Shown here: in pieces, positions 20,357 through 30,139 of the stretch
Position numbering within the stretch: position 1 is the first letter of the stretch
Layout: the number at the start of each line of letters is the position of its first letter
From: Alphaproteobacteria bacterium
Lineage (GTDB): Bacteria; Pseudomonadota; Alphaproteobacteria; UBA828
Assembly (NCBI GenBank): GCA_050173345.1
Contig: JBFXKW010000003.1
Location: 60,323-124,322, forward strand
Direction of reading: 5' to 3'
DNA: 64,000 nucleotides
Notes under the pieces: model-generated
The model's database searches: none
Told to the model about the DNA's origin: nothing
What the model saw: only the letters and a program-made list of their open reading frames with translations
Position numbers and translations under genes: made by a program

Positions 20357-21970
20357 TTACGCCTGGTCGATCAGCGTGGGCCAGCCGGACTTGGCGGCGT
20401 TGATCGCCTCGATCATGCGGTCCTCGCCCTTCTTCTTGATGAACTTGCGCCACTCCTCGGCGGCCTTGGTCATGGCCTCCTTGACGGTCGCGGTCCCGGT
20501 CATCGCGGCCGAGATGTTCTCGTCCAGGATGTTGTGCAGGCCGAACGCGCCGGGGATCGCCAAGGTCGGTACCGAGCGCTTGATCGTCTCGCGGATCGCC
20601 GGTACGTGATAGTCTTTGTAGGTCTTGATCACGAGCGGGTCCTCGAAGTTGGCGAGCTGGAACGGGTCGAAGAAGCCGCCCGGGTTCGCGGTGAGCCAGG
20701 TGAAGATGCGGGTCGAGCCGGTCCACTGCAGGAACAGGTAGGCCGCCTCCTTGTACTGGCTCTGGCTCGACACGCTGCCATTGTTGCCGAGATAGAGCGT
20801 CGAGCGCCGTACCAGGTTGCTGCCGAACAGCTTGCCGGGCGGCAGGAAGGAGCCGATCTTGCCGACCACCGCGCTGGTCGGCTCGCCGTTCTCGCCGATC
20901 TGGTCGTTGAACTTGGGGAAGTTGGTGAAGGTCGCCATCATCACCGACTTGCCACCCGCCATCGAGCCGTAATACTCGGACCAGCTCCAGGCGAGGCCGT
21001 CCTTGGTCGACCATTCGAGGCTCCTGACGTGCTCCTCGGTCGCCTGGATGCCGATGTCGGTGTCGATCAGCGGGTTGCCCGCGTCGTCGAACAGGAAGTA
21101 GTTCGGCTCGGCCTTGCTGACATAGCGGTTGTACCAGTTCGAGATGCCCCAGAACGGGCTCAGCATGTTGCCGTTGCCGAACAGGCCCTTCTGGGTGAAG
21201 AACGAGGCGATCTGGTCGGTTTCCTCCCAGGTGCGCGGCGGGCCGAGCTCCCAGCCATACTTGTCGCTGAACGCCTTGACGTTTTCGGGATCCTCGAACA
21301 GGTCCTTGCGGTACACCCAGGTCTGGAAGTCGCCGTCGAGCGACACCGTCATGACCTTGCCGTTGTACTTGTAGAGCAGGTCGTAGATCTCGGGCGTCGG
21401 CGTACCGCGCTGCGGATCCGCGAAGTCCGGCTGGTACTTGGCGATGAACTCGTCGAGCTCGGCGATGCCGTTCGCCTCGGCGAGATCGCCGGTGTTGTTG
21501 TAGGCATGGGTGTAGACGTCGAACGCGCCCGACTGGGTGGTGACGTCCTGCAGCACCTTCTTGAACTGCTCCTCCGGCGAGACGCCGGTGAACACCAGCT
21601 CGATGCCGGTCTCGCGTTCCCAGACCTCCTTGATGGTCGGCGCGTCCGACGGATAGGGCCGCGTATAGTGGCCGATGGCGCCGTCGGTCATCAGCACGTT
21701 GAGCTTGTCGGGCGCCTTGCCCTCCGCCTTCAGCTTCTTGATGCCCTCGATCGCGCGGCCTTCCGAGATGTCGCCGTTGTACTGGTAGCGCTCGGCGCCG
21801 GCGAAGCCGGTCGGCCCGCCGGTCATGCCCGGCGCATAGTCGGCGGCGAACGCGCCGTTGGGCGCGCCGAAGCGCAAGCCTATGCCCGCGGCGGCGGTAA
21901 GCGCGGCTGCAGCCGAACCCGCCTTGAGCACGCCGCGACGCGAAATGCCTCGAACGTTCTTGGTCGTCAT
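20357..21970 (-). CDS. Orphan ABC transporter substrate-binding protein (large, Tat signal)
   Basis: It has a twin-arginine signal (MTTKNVRGISRRGVLKAGSAAAALTAAAG) after a GGGAGG RBS. It is a ~537 aa periplasmic binding protein resembling the substrate-binding protein at 34401..36014. No permease or ATPase is adjacent. Confidence 0.8.
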   Translation of the reverse strand: MTTKNVRGISRRGVLKAGSAAAALTAAAGIGLRFGAPNGAFAADYAPGMTGGPTGFAGAERYQYNGDISEGRAIEGIKKLKAEGKAPDKLNVLMTDGAIGHYTRPYPSDAPTIKEVWERETGIELVFTGVSPEEQFKKVLQDVTTQSGAFDVYTHAYNNTGDLAEANGIAELDEFIAKYQPDFADPQRGTPTPEIYDLLYKYNGKVMTVSLDGDFQTWVYRKDLFEDPENVKAFSDKYGWELGPPRTWEETDQIASFFTQKGLFGNGNMLSPFWGISNWYNRYVSKAEPNYFLFDDAGNPLIDTDIGIQATEEHVRSLEWSTKDGLAWSWSEYYGSMAGGKSVMMATFTNFPKFNDQIGENGEPTSAVVGKIGSFLPPGKLFGSNLVRRSTLYLGNNGSVSSQSQYKEAAYLFLQWTGSTRIFTWLTANPGGFFDPFQLANFEDPLVIKTYKDYHVPAIRETIKRSVPTLAIPGAFGLHNILDENISAAMTGTATVKEAMTKAAEEWRKFIKKKGEDRMIEAINAAKSGWPTLIDQA

Positions 21971-22189
21971 TCTCGATGCCTCCCGTTGACTAGGATGCGT
22001 TGCCGCCCGCTGGCGAAGCCGGCCGGCCGCTCGCGTCTCCCACATTCTGGTGCAGCCAGCCTAGCACGCCACGGGCAACCGCGTAGCCCAGGAAACCCGA
22101 TTCTCGCAATAAAATTGGGGAGGAAATGAGGCGGCAAACGCCTATATAGTTTACAGAATTTGCAACCGGACTACGCCCTTCCTACCGCC

Positions 22190-23182
22190 ATGCTCATCGA
22201 TCCTTTCGCGCGCCCCATCAGCTATCTGCGGGTCTCCGTCACCGACCGCTGCGACTTCCGCTGCGTCTACTGCATGTCGGAGCACATGACCTTCCTGCCC
22301 AAGGCCGAGCTGCTAAGCTTAGAGGAGCTCGATCGCCTGTGCAGCGCGTTCGTCGAGCTCGGCGTGAGGAAGCTGCGCATCACCGGCGGCGAGCCGCTGG
22401 TGCGCCGCGATGTGATGACCCTGTTCCACAGCCTCGGCCGCCACTTGCGCTCGGGCAAGCTCGAAGAGCTGACGCTGACCACCAATGGCAGCCAGCTCGG
22501 GCGCTTCGCCGACGAGCTGGTCGAGGCCGGCGTCAGGCGCGTCAACGTCTCGCTCGATACGCTCGACCCCGCCAAGTTCGAGGCCATCACGCGCTGGGGC
22601 CGCTTCGACCGGGTGCTCGACGGCATCCGGGCGGCCAAGGCCGCGGGGCTCCGCGTCAAGATCAACACCGTCGCGCTCAAGGGCGTGAACGAGGACGAGA
22701 TCGAGGACATGGTGCGCTGGTGCGGCGAGATGGGCTACGACCTGACCCTGATCGAGACCATGCCGCTCGGCGAGATCGAGGAAGACCGGACCGAGCAATA
22801 CCTGCCGCTCTCGCTGGTGCGCGCGCGGCTCGCCAAGCGATTCACCCTGGAGGACAGCAACCATCGCACCGGCGGCCCCGCGCGCTACGTGACGGTGCGC
22901 GAGACCGGCCGGCGGCTCGGCTTCATCACGCCGCTCACGCACAATTTCTGCGAGGCATGCAACCGGGTGCGGCTGACCTGCACCGGCACGCTCTACATGT
23001 GCCTGGGCCAGGATGATGCCGCCGACCTGCGCGCGCCGCTGCGCGCGGACCCCACCGACCGGCAGCTCGTCGAGGCGATCCGCGAGGCGATCGGGCGCAA
23101 GCCCAAGGGCCATGACTTCATCATCGACCGCCGCCACAAGGGCCCCGCGGTCGGCCGCCATATGAGCGTCACCGGCGGCTGA
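22190..23182 (+). CDS. moaA: GTP 3',8-cyclase MoaA (radical SAM)
   Basis: It has the [17 protein letters not shown] radical-SAM cluster motif and the C-terminal CxxCxxxRLT cluster region ([14 protein letters not shown]). Confidence 0.93.
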   Translation: MLIDPFARPISYLRVSVTDRCDFRCVYCMSEHMTFLPKAELLSLEELDRLCSAFVELGVRKLRITGGEPLVRRDVMTLFHSLGRHLRSGKLEELTLTTNGSQLGRFADELVEAGVRRVNVSLDTLDPAKFEAITRWGRFDRVLDGIRAAKAAGLRVKINTVALKGVNEDEIEDMVRWCGEMGYDLTLIETMPLGEIEEDRTEQYLPLSLVRARLAKRFTLEDSNHRTGGPARYVTVRETGRRLGFITPLTHNFCEACNRVRLTCTGTLYMCLGQDDAADLRAPLRADPTDRQLVEAIREAIGRKPKGHDFIIDRRHKGPAVGRHMSVTGG

Positions 23183-23224
23183 ACCCCGCCGCCGGGCCTG
23201 CTCTTGGCAGCGTACCCGCTCCCT

Positions 23225-23295
23225 CTCATGCTTCGACAAGCTCAGCATGAGGACTTGGAGTTTCGGCCTCATCCTGAGCCTGTCGAAGGATGAGG
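23225..23295. repeat. Interspersed palindromic repeat, family B (two hairpins: cctcatgcttcgacaagctcagcatgagg / cctcatcctgagcctgtcgaaggatgagg)
   Basis: A near-identical copy in inverted orientation lies at 45722..45790. Confidence 0.75.
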
Positions 23296-23396
23296 CTGTC
23301 GGACCGCTTCACCGCCTCCTCCCTACGCCGCTATGGGATCGCGGCCGGGCTCGGCTATAATCCGCCGGCCATTCGGCCCAGCTCCGCGCGATCCCC

Positions 23397-24170
23397 ATGA
23401 AAAAGCCCCGCAAGACGATTGCGCTGGTCGCCTCGACCGCTCCCGAGGCGAAAGCCGCGCTCAACAGCCTGAAGCGGCGCTACAAGGCGGTCGCGCCGGA
23501 AGACGCCGACGTCATCGTCGCGATCGGCGGCGACGGCTTCATGCTCGAGACGCTGCATCGCTATCTCGAACTGGGCACGCCGATCTACGGCATGAACCGC
23601 GGCTCGATCGGCTTCCTGATGAACGAGTATAGGCCGGGCGGCCTGCTCGAGCGCGTCGCCAAGGCGCAGCTCACGCCGCTCTGCCCCCTGCGCATGTCGG
23701 CGGTCACCGCGATGGGCACCAGCCATACCGCGCTCGCCATCAACGAGGTGTCGCTGCTGCGCGAGACCCGTCAGGCCGCCAAGATCGAGATCAGCGTCGA
23801 TGGGGTGGTCCGACTGCCCGAACTGATCTGCGACGGCATCCTGGCCTCGACGCCGGCCGGCAGCTCGGCCTACAACCTCTCGGCGCACGGCCCGATCATC
23901 CCGCTCGGCACGGAGCTGCTCGCGCTGACCCCGATCAGCGCGTTCCGGCCGCGGCGCTGGCGCGGCGCCCTGCTGCCGTTGAGCGCGCATGTCCGCTTCC
24001 GCGTGCTGGAGGCCGACAAGCGGCCGGTCAGCGCCGTCGCCGACTATACCGAGGTGCGCGACGTCGTCACGGTCGATGTCGCGGCCGATCCTGAGGTCGA
24101 GATCTGCCTGCTGTTCGACCCGGAGCACAATCTCGAAGAACGAATCCTGAGCGAGCAGTTTGCAGCCTGA
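23397..24170 (+). CDS. nadK: NAD kinase
   Basis: It has the GGDGFML motif, a NADK C-domain pattern ([16 protein letters not shown]) and is 257 aa. Confidence 0.9.
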   Translation: MKKPRKTIALVASTAPEAKAALNSLKRRYKAVAPEDADVIVAIGGDGFMLETLHRYLELGTPIYGMNRGSIGFLMNEYRPGGLLERVAKAQLTPLCPLRMSAVTAMGTSHTALAINEVSLLRETRQAAKIEISVDGVVRLPELICDGILASTPAGSSAYNLSAHGPIIPLGTELLALTPISAFRPRRWRGALLPLSAHVRFRVLEADKRPVSAVADYTEVRDVVTVDVAADPEVEICLLFDPEHNLEERILSEQFAA

Positions 24171-25170
24171 ACCCGATTCCCCGGCCCGGCAGCGGCGACC
24201 TGGCGAGGCGTCTCGCCGCTTCGCCCGCCCCGACCTTCGCCGCTTCGCCGAGGCGGGCACCCCGCCCTATGTCGTGACGGCGGAGAGCGGCCGCGCCGGC
24301 CCGAACGTCGTGCTCAGCGCGCTGATGCACGGCAACGAGCTATGCGGCGCGATCGCGCTCTGCCGCCTGATCGAGCGCGGCTTTGTGCCGCTTCGCGGCC
24401 GCCTGAGCTTCGCCTTCGCCAACGTCGAAGCCTATGAGAGCTTCGATCCCGAGCGGCCTTTCGCCTCGCGCTATCTCGACGAGGATCTCAACCGGGTCTG
24501 GCGCGGGGACATCCTCGACCTGCCGAGCCGCTCGCGCGAGCATGCACGCGCCAAGGCGCTGCGTGCCCTGATGTCGGGGGCGGACGCGCTGCTCGACCTG
24601 CATTCGACCTCAAGCGATTCGGCACCGATGATCCTGTGCGGCCGCACCGCGAAGGGTCTCCGCCTCGCCGGACGGCTGGGCCTCGCGGCCGAGATCGTGC
24701 GCGACGACGGGCACGCCAAGGGCCCGCGGCTGATCGATTTCGATGCGTTCGCGGACAACGACCGGCCGGAGCTCGCCCTGCTCGTCGAATGCGGCCAGCA
24801 TTTCGACCCGTCGAGCGCCGAGGTCGCGCTCGAAGCAGTCCTGCGCTTCCTCCTCGCGGTCGGCTCGATCGAGGCGGCGCCCGCCTGGGCGGCGCTGCCG
24901 GGCCATGCGGCCCCGCAACACTTCCTGGACGTGACCCATCCGGTCACCATCCAGTCCGACGGCTTCGTCTTCGTCCGGCCGCTGCGCTCGCTCGAACGGA
25001 TCGCGCGCGCCGGCACCCTGATCGCCTATGACGGCGGCCGGCCGATCGCAACGCCCTATGACGACTGCGTCGCGGTGATGCCGAGCCTCGCGCCGGCACG
25101 CGGCGAGACCGCGGTCAGGCTGGCGCGCGTGCTGCGCTTTCCGGCGGAGGCTGGAGCGCCGCCGCGCTGA
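24160..25170 (+). CDS. Succinylglutamate desuccinylase/aspartoacylase (AstE/AspA, M14-like) family protein
   Basis: It has the HGNELCG zinc-ligand motif and DLHS further on. The start codon is uncertain: the ORF begins with TTG overlapping the nadK end. Confidence 0.65.
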   Translation: MQPEPDSPARQRRPGEASRRFARPDLRRFAEAGTPPYVVTAESGRAGPNVVLSALMHGNELCGAIALCRLIERGFVPLRGRLSFAFANVEAYESFDPERPFASRYLDEDLNRVWRGDILDLPSRSREHARAKALRALMSGADALLDLHSTSSDSAPMILCGRTAKGLRLAGRLGLAAEIVRDDGHAKGPRLIDFDAFADNDRPELALLVECGQHFDPSSAEVALEAVLRFLLAVGSIEAAPAWAALPGHAAPQHFLDVTHPVTIQSDGFVFVRPLRSLERIARAGTLIAYDGGRPIATPYDDCVAVMPSLAPARGETAVRLARVLRFPAEAGAPPR

Positions 25171-26246
25171 TGCTGGACCGGTTGCTGCATCGCTTCGGTC
25201 TTCCGCCGTTCCAGCCGATCCGCGTTCGCCGGCTTGCGCTCGCGCTTGCGATCGGCGCGGTCGGCGGGACCGCCTTCTTCCTCGGCGGCCTGCCGCTGCC
25301 CTGGATGCTCGGCGCCATGGCCTTCGCGACCGTCGCCGCGCTCGCCGGCGCGCCGATCGCCGTGCCGGTCATGCTGCGCTCCGGCATGGTCTCGATCCTC
25401 GGCGTGCTGCTTGGCAGCCAGTTCACGTCGGCGCTCTTCGCAAACCTGTCGCAATGGTATGTCGGCATGGCCGCCGTCGCGGTCTCGACGCTGCTGATGG
25501 CGTGCCTCTGCATCCTCTATTTCCGCGTCGTCGGCGGCTATGATCGCACCACCGCCTATTTCGCCTCGATGCCGGGCGGCCTTAGCGAGATGATGGTGCT
25601 GGGCGAGAGCATGGGCGGCGACGCCCGCACCATCTCGCTCACGCACGGGGTACGTATCCTTCTCGCGGTCTTCCTGATCGCGTTCTACTTCCGCATCTTC
25701 GAGGGCTACACGGCGAACCCGGCCGCGCTGGGCGGCGCCTCCGCCATGCCGGTCTGGGAGATCGCGGCGCTGATCGGCTGCGCCTTCGCGGGCCTCGCCG
25801 CCGGCCAGAAGCTCAGGCTGCCGGCGCCCCAACTGGTCGGGCCGATGGTCTTGAGCGCGGCGCTGCATCTCGGCGGCGTGCTCGAGCACCGGCCGCCGGT
25901 CGAGCTCATCGCGCTTGCCCAGGTGATCCTCGGCGCCGCGATCGGCGCGCGCTTCGCCGGCATGGCGCTCGGCCGGATCTGGCGCGCCGTCCTGATCGCC
26001 GCCGGCGCCACCGTCATCATGGTCGGCGTCGCCGTCGGCATGGCCTATGGCCTCGCGCCGCTCGCCGGCAGCGAGGGCGATCTGCTGCTATTGGCGCTCG
26101 CGCCCGGCGGGCTCGCCGAGATGAGCCTGATCGCGCTGTCGTTCGGCTCGGCCGCGGCCTTCGTCTCGACCCATCACGTCGTGCGCATCGTGATCGTTGT
26201 GATCCTCGCGCCGCTGTTCTTCCGCCTCGCCTATCGGTCGCGCTAG
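25170..26246 (+). CDS. AbrB-family membrane protein (putative ammonia monooxygenase-like duplication)
   Basis: It is polytopic with two similar halves, each with LP.PWMLG / PGGL.EM motifs. Its start overlaps the upstream stop (TGATG). Confidence 0.7.
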   Translation: MLDRLLHRFGLPPFQPIRVRRLALALAIGAVGGTAFFLGGLPLPWMLGAMAFATVAALAGAPIAVPVMLRSGMVSILGVLLGSQFTSALFANLSQWYVGMAAVAVSTLLMACLCILYFRVVGGYDRTTAYFASMPGGLSEMMVLGESMGGDARTISLTHGVRILLAVFLIAFYFRIFEGYTANPAALGGASAMPVWEIAALIGCAFAGLAAGQKLRLPAPQLVGPMVLSAALHLGGVLEHRPPVELIALAQVILGAAIGARFAGMALGRIWRAVLIAAGATVIMVGVAVGMAYGLAPLAGSEGDLLLLALAPGGLAEMSLIALSFGSAAAFVSTHHVVRIVIVVILAPLFFRLAYRSR

Positions 26247-26291
26247 ATCACGATCCGATCAGGTTGCTTCAACATGATCGGATCGTGATCT
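26245..26291. terminator. Perfect 17-bp hairpin between convergent genes
   Basis: The sequence is agatcacgatccgatca - 13 nt loop - tgatcggatcgtgatct, beginning within the stop codon of the upstream gene. Confidence 0.5.
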
Positions 26292-26304
26292 ACTTTGATG
26301 AAAA

Positions 26305-26363
26305 GAGCAGGATTCACGTTTGAGATGGAATCGCTCCGCGATCCATCTCAAACGACCCTGCTC
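26305..26363. terminator. Second composite hairpin between convergent genes
   Basis: The arms are gagcagg..tttgagatgga - loop - tccatctcaaa..cctgctc. The hairpin abuts the tetR-family stop codon. Confidence 0.45.
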
Positions 26364-27040
26364 TATAGCCCGCTGTAGGAAAGCCCCCGATAGAGCACGT
26401 CCGCGACGCGGTCGGTCAGCTCCTGCAGCTCGGCATCGGTGGCGGGCGGCTGGCCGAGCTGATCGTCGACCAGGAGCGTGGCGAGGCCGTGCAGGGTCGA
26501 CCACGCGGCGACCGCGAGCTGGCGCGGCTCGACGCCGCCGATCAGGTCGGGCCGCTGGCAGCCGCGGATCATCTCGGTCAAGAGGTCGAGCGACCGCTCA
26601 GTGCTCTCCCTCAGCCCCGGATAGCGCGAATGGTCGGTAATGTCGGGGCCGAACATGACGCGGAAATGCGAGGGGTGGACCGCCGCGAACTTCACATAGG
26701 CAAAGGTCACGGCGCGGAAGCTGGCGAGCGGCAGTTCCTTGTTGGCCTCGACCGCCGCCTCCATCGCCGCATTCATCGCATGAAAGCCTTCTTCCGCAAC
26801 GGAAGCGAGCAGGCCTTCCTTGCCGGGAAAATGCCGGTAGGGGGCGGCGGGCGATACGCCGGCCAGACGGGCCACGGAGCGCAGCGAAACGCCCTTCGGC
26901 CCCTCGCGTTCCACCAGCATCAACGCAGCATCCAGCAGGGCCCGGCGCAGATTGCCGTGATGATAACGGCCCTCCTTGTGGGTCTTGCGGCGGCGGCTCT
27001 TGCGGCGCGGCCGCGATGCGGTCGCCAGATCGTTGCTCAC
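26363..27040 (-). CDS. TetR/AcrR family transcriptional regulator
   Basis: It has an N-terminal TetR HTH (LRRALLDAALMLVEREGPKGVSLRSVARLAGVSPAAPYRHFPGKEGL). Confidence 0.85.
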   Translation of the reverse strand: MSNDLATASRPRRKSRRRKTHKEGRYHHGNLRRALLDAALMLVEREGPKGVSLRSVARLAGVSPAAPYRHFPGKEGLLASVAEEGFHAMNAAMEAAVEANKELPLASFRAVTFAYVKFAAVHPSHFRVMFGPDITDHSRYPGLRESTERSLDLLTEMIRGCQRPDLIGGVEPRQLAVAAWSTLHGLATLLVDDQLGQPPATDAELQELTDRVADVLYRGLSYSGL

Positions 27041-27074
27041 GCCTCCCCCTCTTTCGTCAGGGTGACCAGCGATG

Positions 27075-27113
27075 TGTGATCACAGTTACAACCGATTTCC
27101 GCACATTTGTGCG
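27075..27113. promoter_or_regulatory. Two short perfect palindromes upstream of tetR (candidate operator)
   Basis: The palindromes are tgtgatcaca (27075-27084) and cgcaca-tt-tgtgcg (27100-27113). They lie 35-75 bp upstream of the divergent TetR start. Confidence 0.25.
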
Positions 27114-27419
27114 AAGAATCCAAAGGAATCTAGACGCTTCGCTTGTTCGATGCCAAGCGGCGCGCCTCGCGGACGAGCCGAACCTGACCACTAGGGTATG
27201 CCTTTTGATCTATAATAGCGCCGACCATTACCGGGCTGCCGAGCGGCGCTGCATGTAATCATGAGATACATCCAGGTGCGGTAAGTCGCGGTGATGCGAA
27301 TAAGTATAGGTCACAGCATTGTTCGATCGCCGTATCCGCTTTGATCGTGCACAATATTGGGCCAGTTCTTCGAAGATCGCCCGGGTCACCACGTCCACTG
27401 TCCACTGTTCGAGAGAGCG

Positions 27420-27860
27420 ATGAGTATCACGGAAGGCGAAACGCAAGACGACATCATCGTGCGTGTCACGGGAAAGATCATCACGGCTTACGTGACGAAC
27501 AACCGGGTCGATCGGCTGCGCATCGGCGAGCTGATCGAGTCGGTGCGGAATTCGCTGGCCGCTCTGGCGAATGGCGAGCCCAGCGTCGGCCCCGGCGAAG
27601 CGCTCCGGCCCGCGGTGCCGATCAAGCGTTCGGTCACGCCTGACTATCTCATCTGCCTCGAGGACGGCGCTCGGCTCAAGATGCTCAAGCGGCATCTGCG
27701 CACGCACTACGGCCTGAGCCCCCAGGAATACCGCGAGAAGTGGAGCTTGCCGGCCGACTATCCGATGGTCGCGCCGAACTACGCGGCCAAGCGGAGCGAG
27801 CTGGCCCGCCAGATCGGGCTCGGCGGCCCGGAGCCCGCGAAGCGCCGCAAGCGGAGCTAG
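27420..27860 (+). CDS. mucR: MucR/Ros family transcriptional regulator
   Basis: It has the Ros/MucR zinc-finger region (SVTPDYLICLEDGARLKMLKRHLRTHYGLSPQEYREKWSLPADYPMVAPNYAAKRSELA) and is ~146 aa from the ATG at 27420. Confidence 0.9.
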   Translation: MSITEGETQDDIIVRVTGKIITAYVTNNRVDRLRIGELIESVRNSLAALANGEPSVGPGEALRPAVPIKRSVTPDYLICLEDGARLKMLKRHLRTHYGLSPQEYREKWSLPADYPMVAPNYAAKRSELARQIGLGGPEPAKRRKRS

Positions 27861-27967
27861 AGGCGCGGCGCTCGTGGCGGGGGATGACGCGGAGCGGCCG
27901 GGGGTCTATCATTAAAAATTAAAGCGTTTCGCCGCGGTGGCGGAGCGCGGGACCCCTTGCCCGACCG

Positions 27968-30028
27968 ATGACCGTGACCAGCGACATCGTCTTCTCCGCC
28001 TGCCCGCACGACTGCCCGAGCACCTGCGCGCTCGAGGTCGAACGGCTCGACGCGCACCACATCGGCCGCGTGCGCGGCGCCAAGGACCAGAGCTATACCG
28101 CCGGCGTGATCTGCGCCAAGGTCGCGCGCTATGCCGAGCGGGTCCATCACCCGGACCGGCTCGCCTACCCGATGCGCCGCGTCGGCGCCAAGGGCAGCGG
28201 CCGCTTCGAGCGCATCGGCTGGGACTCGGCGCTCGACCTCCTGGCCGAGAAGTTCGTCGCGGCAACGCAAAAGCACGGCAGCGAGAGCGTCTGGCCCTAC
28301 TACTACGCGGGGACCATGGGCCTGGTGCAGCGCGACGGCATCAACCGGCTGCGCCACGTCATGCGCTATTCGGGCCAGAAGACCACGATCTGCACGACGC
28401 TTGCCGATGCCGGCTGGCTCGCGGGCGCCGGCGGCTTCGTCGGCCCGGACCCGCGCGAGATGGGCGAGGCCGACCTGATCGTCATGTGGGGCGGCAACCC
28501 GGCCTCGACCCAGGTCAACGTGATGCATCATGTCAGTCGCGCGCGGAAGGAGCGCGGCGCCAAGTTCGTCGTGATCGACCCCTACCGGACGCGCACGGCG
28601 GCCGTCGCCGACAAGCACCTCGCGCTCAGGCCCGGCACCGATGGCGCGCTCGCCTGCGCCGTCATGCACGTGCTGTTCCGCGACGGCTACGCCGATCTCG
28701 ACTATCTCAGGCGCTATACCGACTTCCCGGACGAGCTGCGCCAGCACTTGAGCGCCCGCGACCCCGCCTGGGCCGCCGCGATCACCGGCCTCAGCGAAGC
28801 CGAGATCATCGAATTCGCGCGGCTCTACGGCAGCACCAAGCGGAGCTACATCCGGCTCGGCTACGGCTTCACCCGCTCGCGCAACGGCGCGGCCAACATG
28901 CACGCGGCGACCTGCCTGCCCTCGGTGACCGGCGCGTGGCGACATCTCGGCGGCGGCGCCTTCTACAGCAACCGCGAGATCTTCCACTGGGACAAGACCG
29001 TCATCGAGGGGCTCGACGCGCGCGACCCGAGCGTGCGCGTGCTCGACATGTCGCGGATCGGGCCGGTGCTGACCAACGACCCGAAGGACGTCGGCGCGGG
29101 CCCGCCGGTGACCGCGATGCTGATCCAGAACTGCAATCCCGTGGTGGTCGCGCCGGAGGCGAACCGGGTGCGCGCCGGCTTCCTGCGCGACGACCTGTTC
29201 GTCTGCGTGCACGAGCAGTTCATGACGAACACGGCGGCGATGGCCGACCTCGTGCTGCCGGCGACCACCTTCCTCGAGCATGACGACATCTACCAGGGCG
29301 GCGGCCACCAGCATATCGAGCTCGGGCCCAAGGTGATCGAGCCCTATGCCGAGACGCGCTCCAATCACGACGTGCTGTGCGGGCTCGCCGCGCGGCTGGG
29401 CGCCGAGCATCCCGGCTTCCGGATGAGCGCGATCGAACTCGTGGACGACCTGCTGCGCCGCTCGGGCTGGCCGGACGTCGAATACTTCCGGCGCGAGCAC
29501 TGGCTCGACTGCCAGCCGGACTTCGAGACCTCGCATCATCTGAAGGGCTTCCGGACGCCGGACGGCAAGTTCCGCTTCTCGCCGGACTGGGCGAAGCTCG
29601 GGCCCTACCATGCCGGCATGCCCAGCCTGCCCGACCATCACGCGATCATCGAGGCAGCCGACGCCGACCATCCGTTCCGCATGATCGCGCCGCCGGCGCA
29701 CAACTTCCTGAACTCGACCTTCAGCGAGACCAAGACCGGGCGGCGCATCGAGGCGCGCCCCGCCGTGCTCGTGCATCCTGAGGATTGCGCGCGCCTCGGC
29801 ATCGCGGAGGGCGACCTGGTGCGCCTCGGCAACCGGCGCGGCGAGGTCAGGATTCACGCCAAGACGTTCGACGGCATGCAGCCCGGCGTGCTGGTCGTCG
29901 AAGGCATCTGGCCCAACAGCGACTATGTGGGCGGCATGGGCATCAACGCGCTGACCTCCGCCGACGCGGCGCCGCCCATGGGGGGCGCCGTGTTCCACGA
30001 CGCGGCGGTCTGGCTCAGGCCGGCCTGA
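27968..30028 (+). CDS. Molybdopterin-dependent oxidoreductase (DMSO reductase superfamily)
   Basis: It has an N-terminal Fe-S cysteine cluster (CPHDCPSTCAL), molybdopterin oxidoreductase domains and a C-terminal MopB barrel (VHPEDCARLGIAEGDLVRLGNRRGE). Substrate is unknown. Confidence 0.85.
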   Translation: MTVTSDIVFSACPHDCPSTCALEVERLDAHHIGRVRGAKDQSYTAGVICAKVARYAERVHHPDRLAYPMRRVGAKGSGRFERIGWDSALDLLAEKFVAATQKHGSESVWPYYYAGTMGLVQRDGINRLRHVMRYSGQKTTICTTLADAGWLAGAGGFVGPDPREMGEADLIVMWGGNPASTQVNVMHHVSRARKERGAKFVVIDPYRTRTAAVADKHLALRPGTDGALACAVMHVLFRDGYADLDYLRRYTDFPDELRQHLSARDPAWAAAITGLSEAEIIEFARLYGSTKRSYIRLGYGFTRSRNGAANMHAATCLPSVTGAWRHLGGGAFYSNREIFHWDKTVIEGLDARDPSVRVLDMSRIGPVLTNDPKDVGAGPPVTAMLIQNCNPVVVAPEANRVRAGFLRDDLFVCVHEQFMTNTAAMADLVLPATTFLEHDDIYQGGGHQHIELGPKVIEPYAETRSNHDVLCGLAARLGAEHPGFRMSAIELVDDLLRRSGWPDVEYFRREHWLDCQPDFETSHHLKGFRTPDGKFRFSPDWAKLGPYHAGMPSLPDHHAIIEAADADHPFRMIAPPAHNFLNSTFSETKTGRRIEARPAVLVHPEDCARLGIAEGDLVRLGNRRGEVRIHAKTFDGMQPGVLVVEGIWPNSDYVGGMGINALTSADAAPPMGGAVFHDAAVWLRPA

Positions 30029-30084
30029 AGAAGGCGCGGCGCGGCGCGCCGTGACCCGGTGATCCATCCGCCCTGCGAACAGGC

Positions 30085-30129
30085 TGGATTGCCGGGCTGA
30101 TCCCCGGTCAAGCCGGGGGACGGCAATGA
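30085..30129. repeat. Family A palindromic repeat (nested hairpin)
   Basis: The sequence is tggattgccgggctgatccccggtcaagccgggggacggcaatgac, between convergent genes. Confidence 0.65.
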
Positions 30130-30139
30130 CCGGCGTTGG

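Noticed and set aside
21971-22189. Possible Moco riboswitch upstream of moaA.
   Set aside because: The 220-nt AT-richer leader was inspected on the + strand. I could not find the conserved Moco-motif elements I remember (CCUCCGAG-type and CACCUG-type segments). Only a short ggcg-gcaaa-cgcc hairpin is present. An Infernal scan would be needed, so no claim is made.
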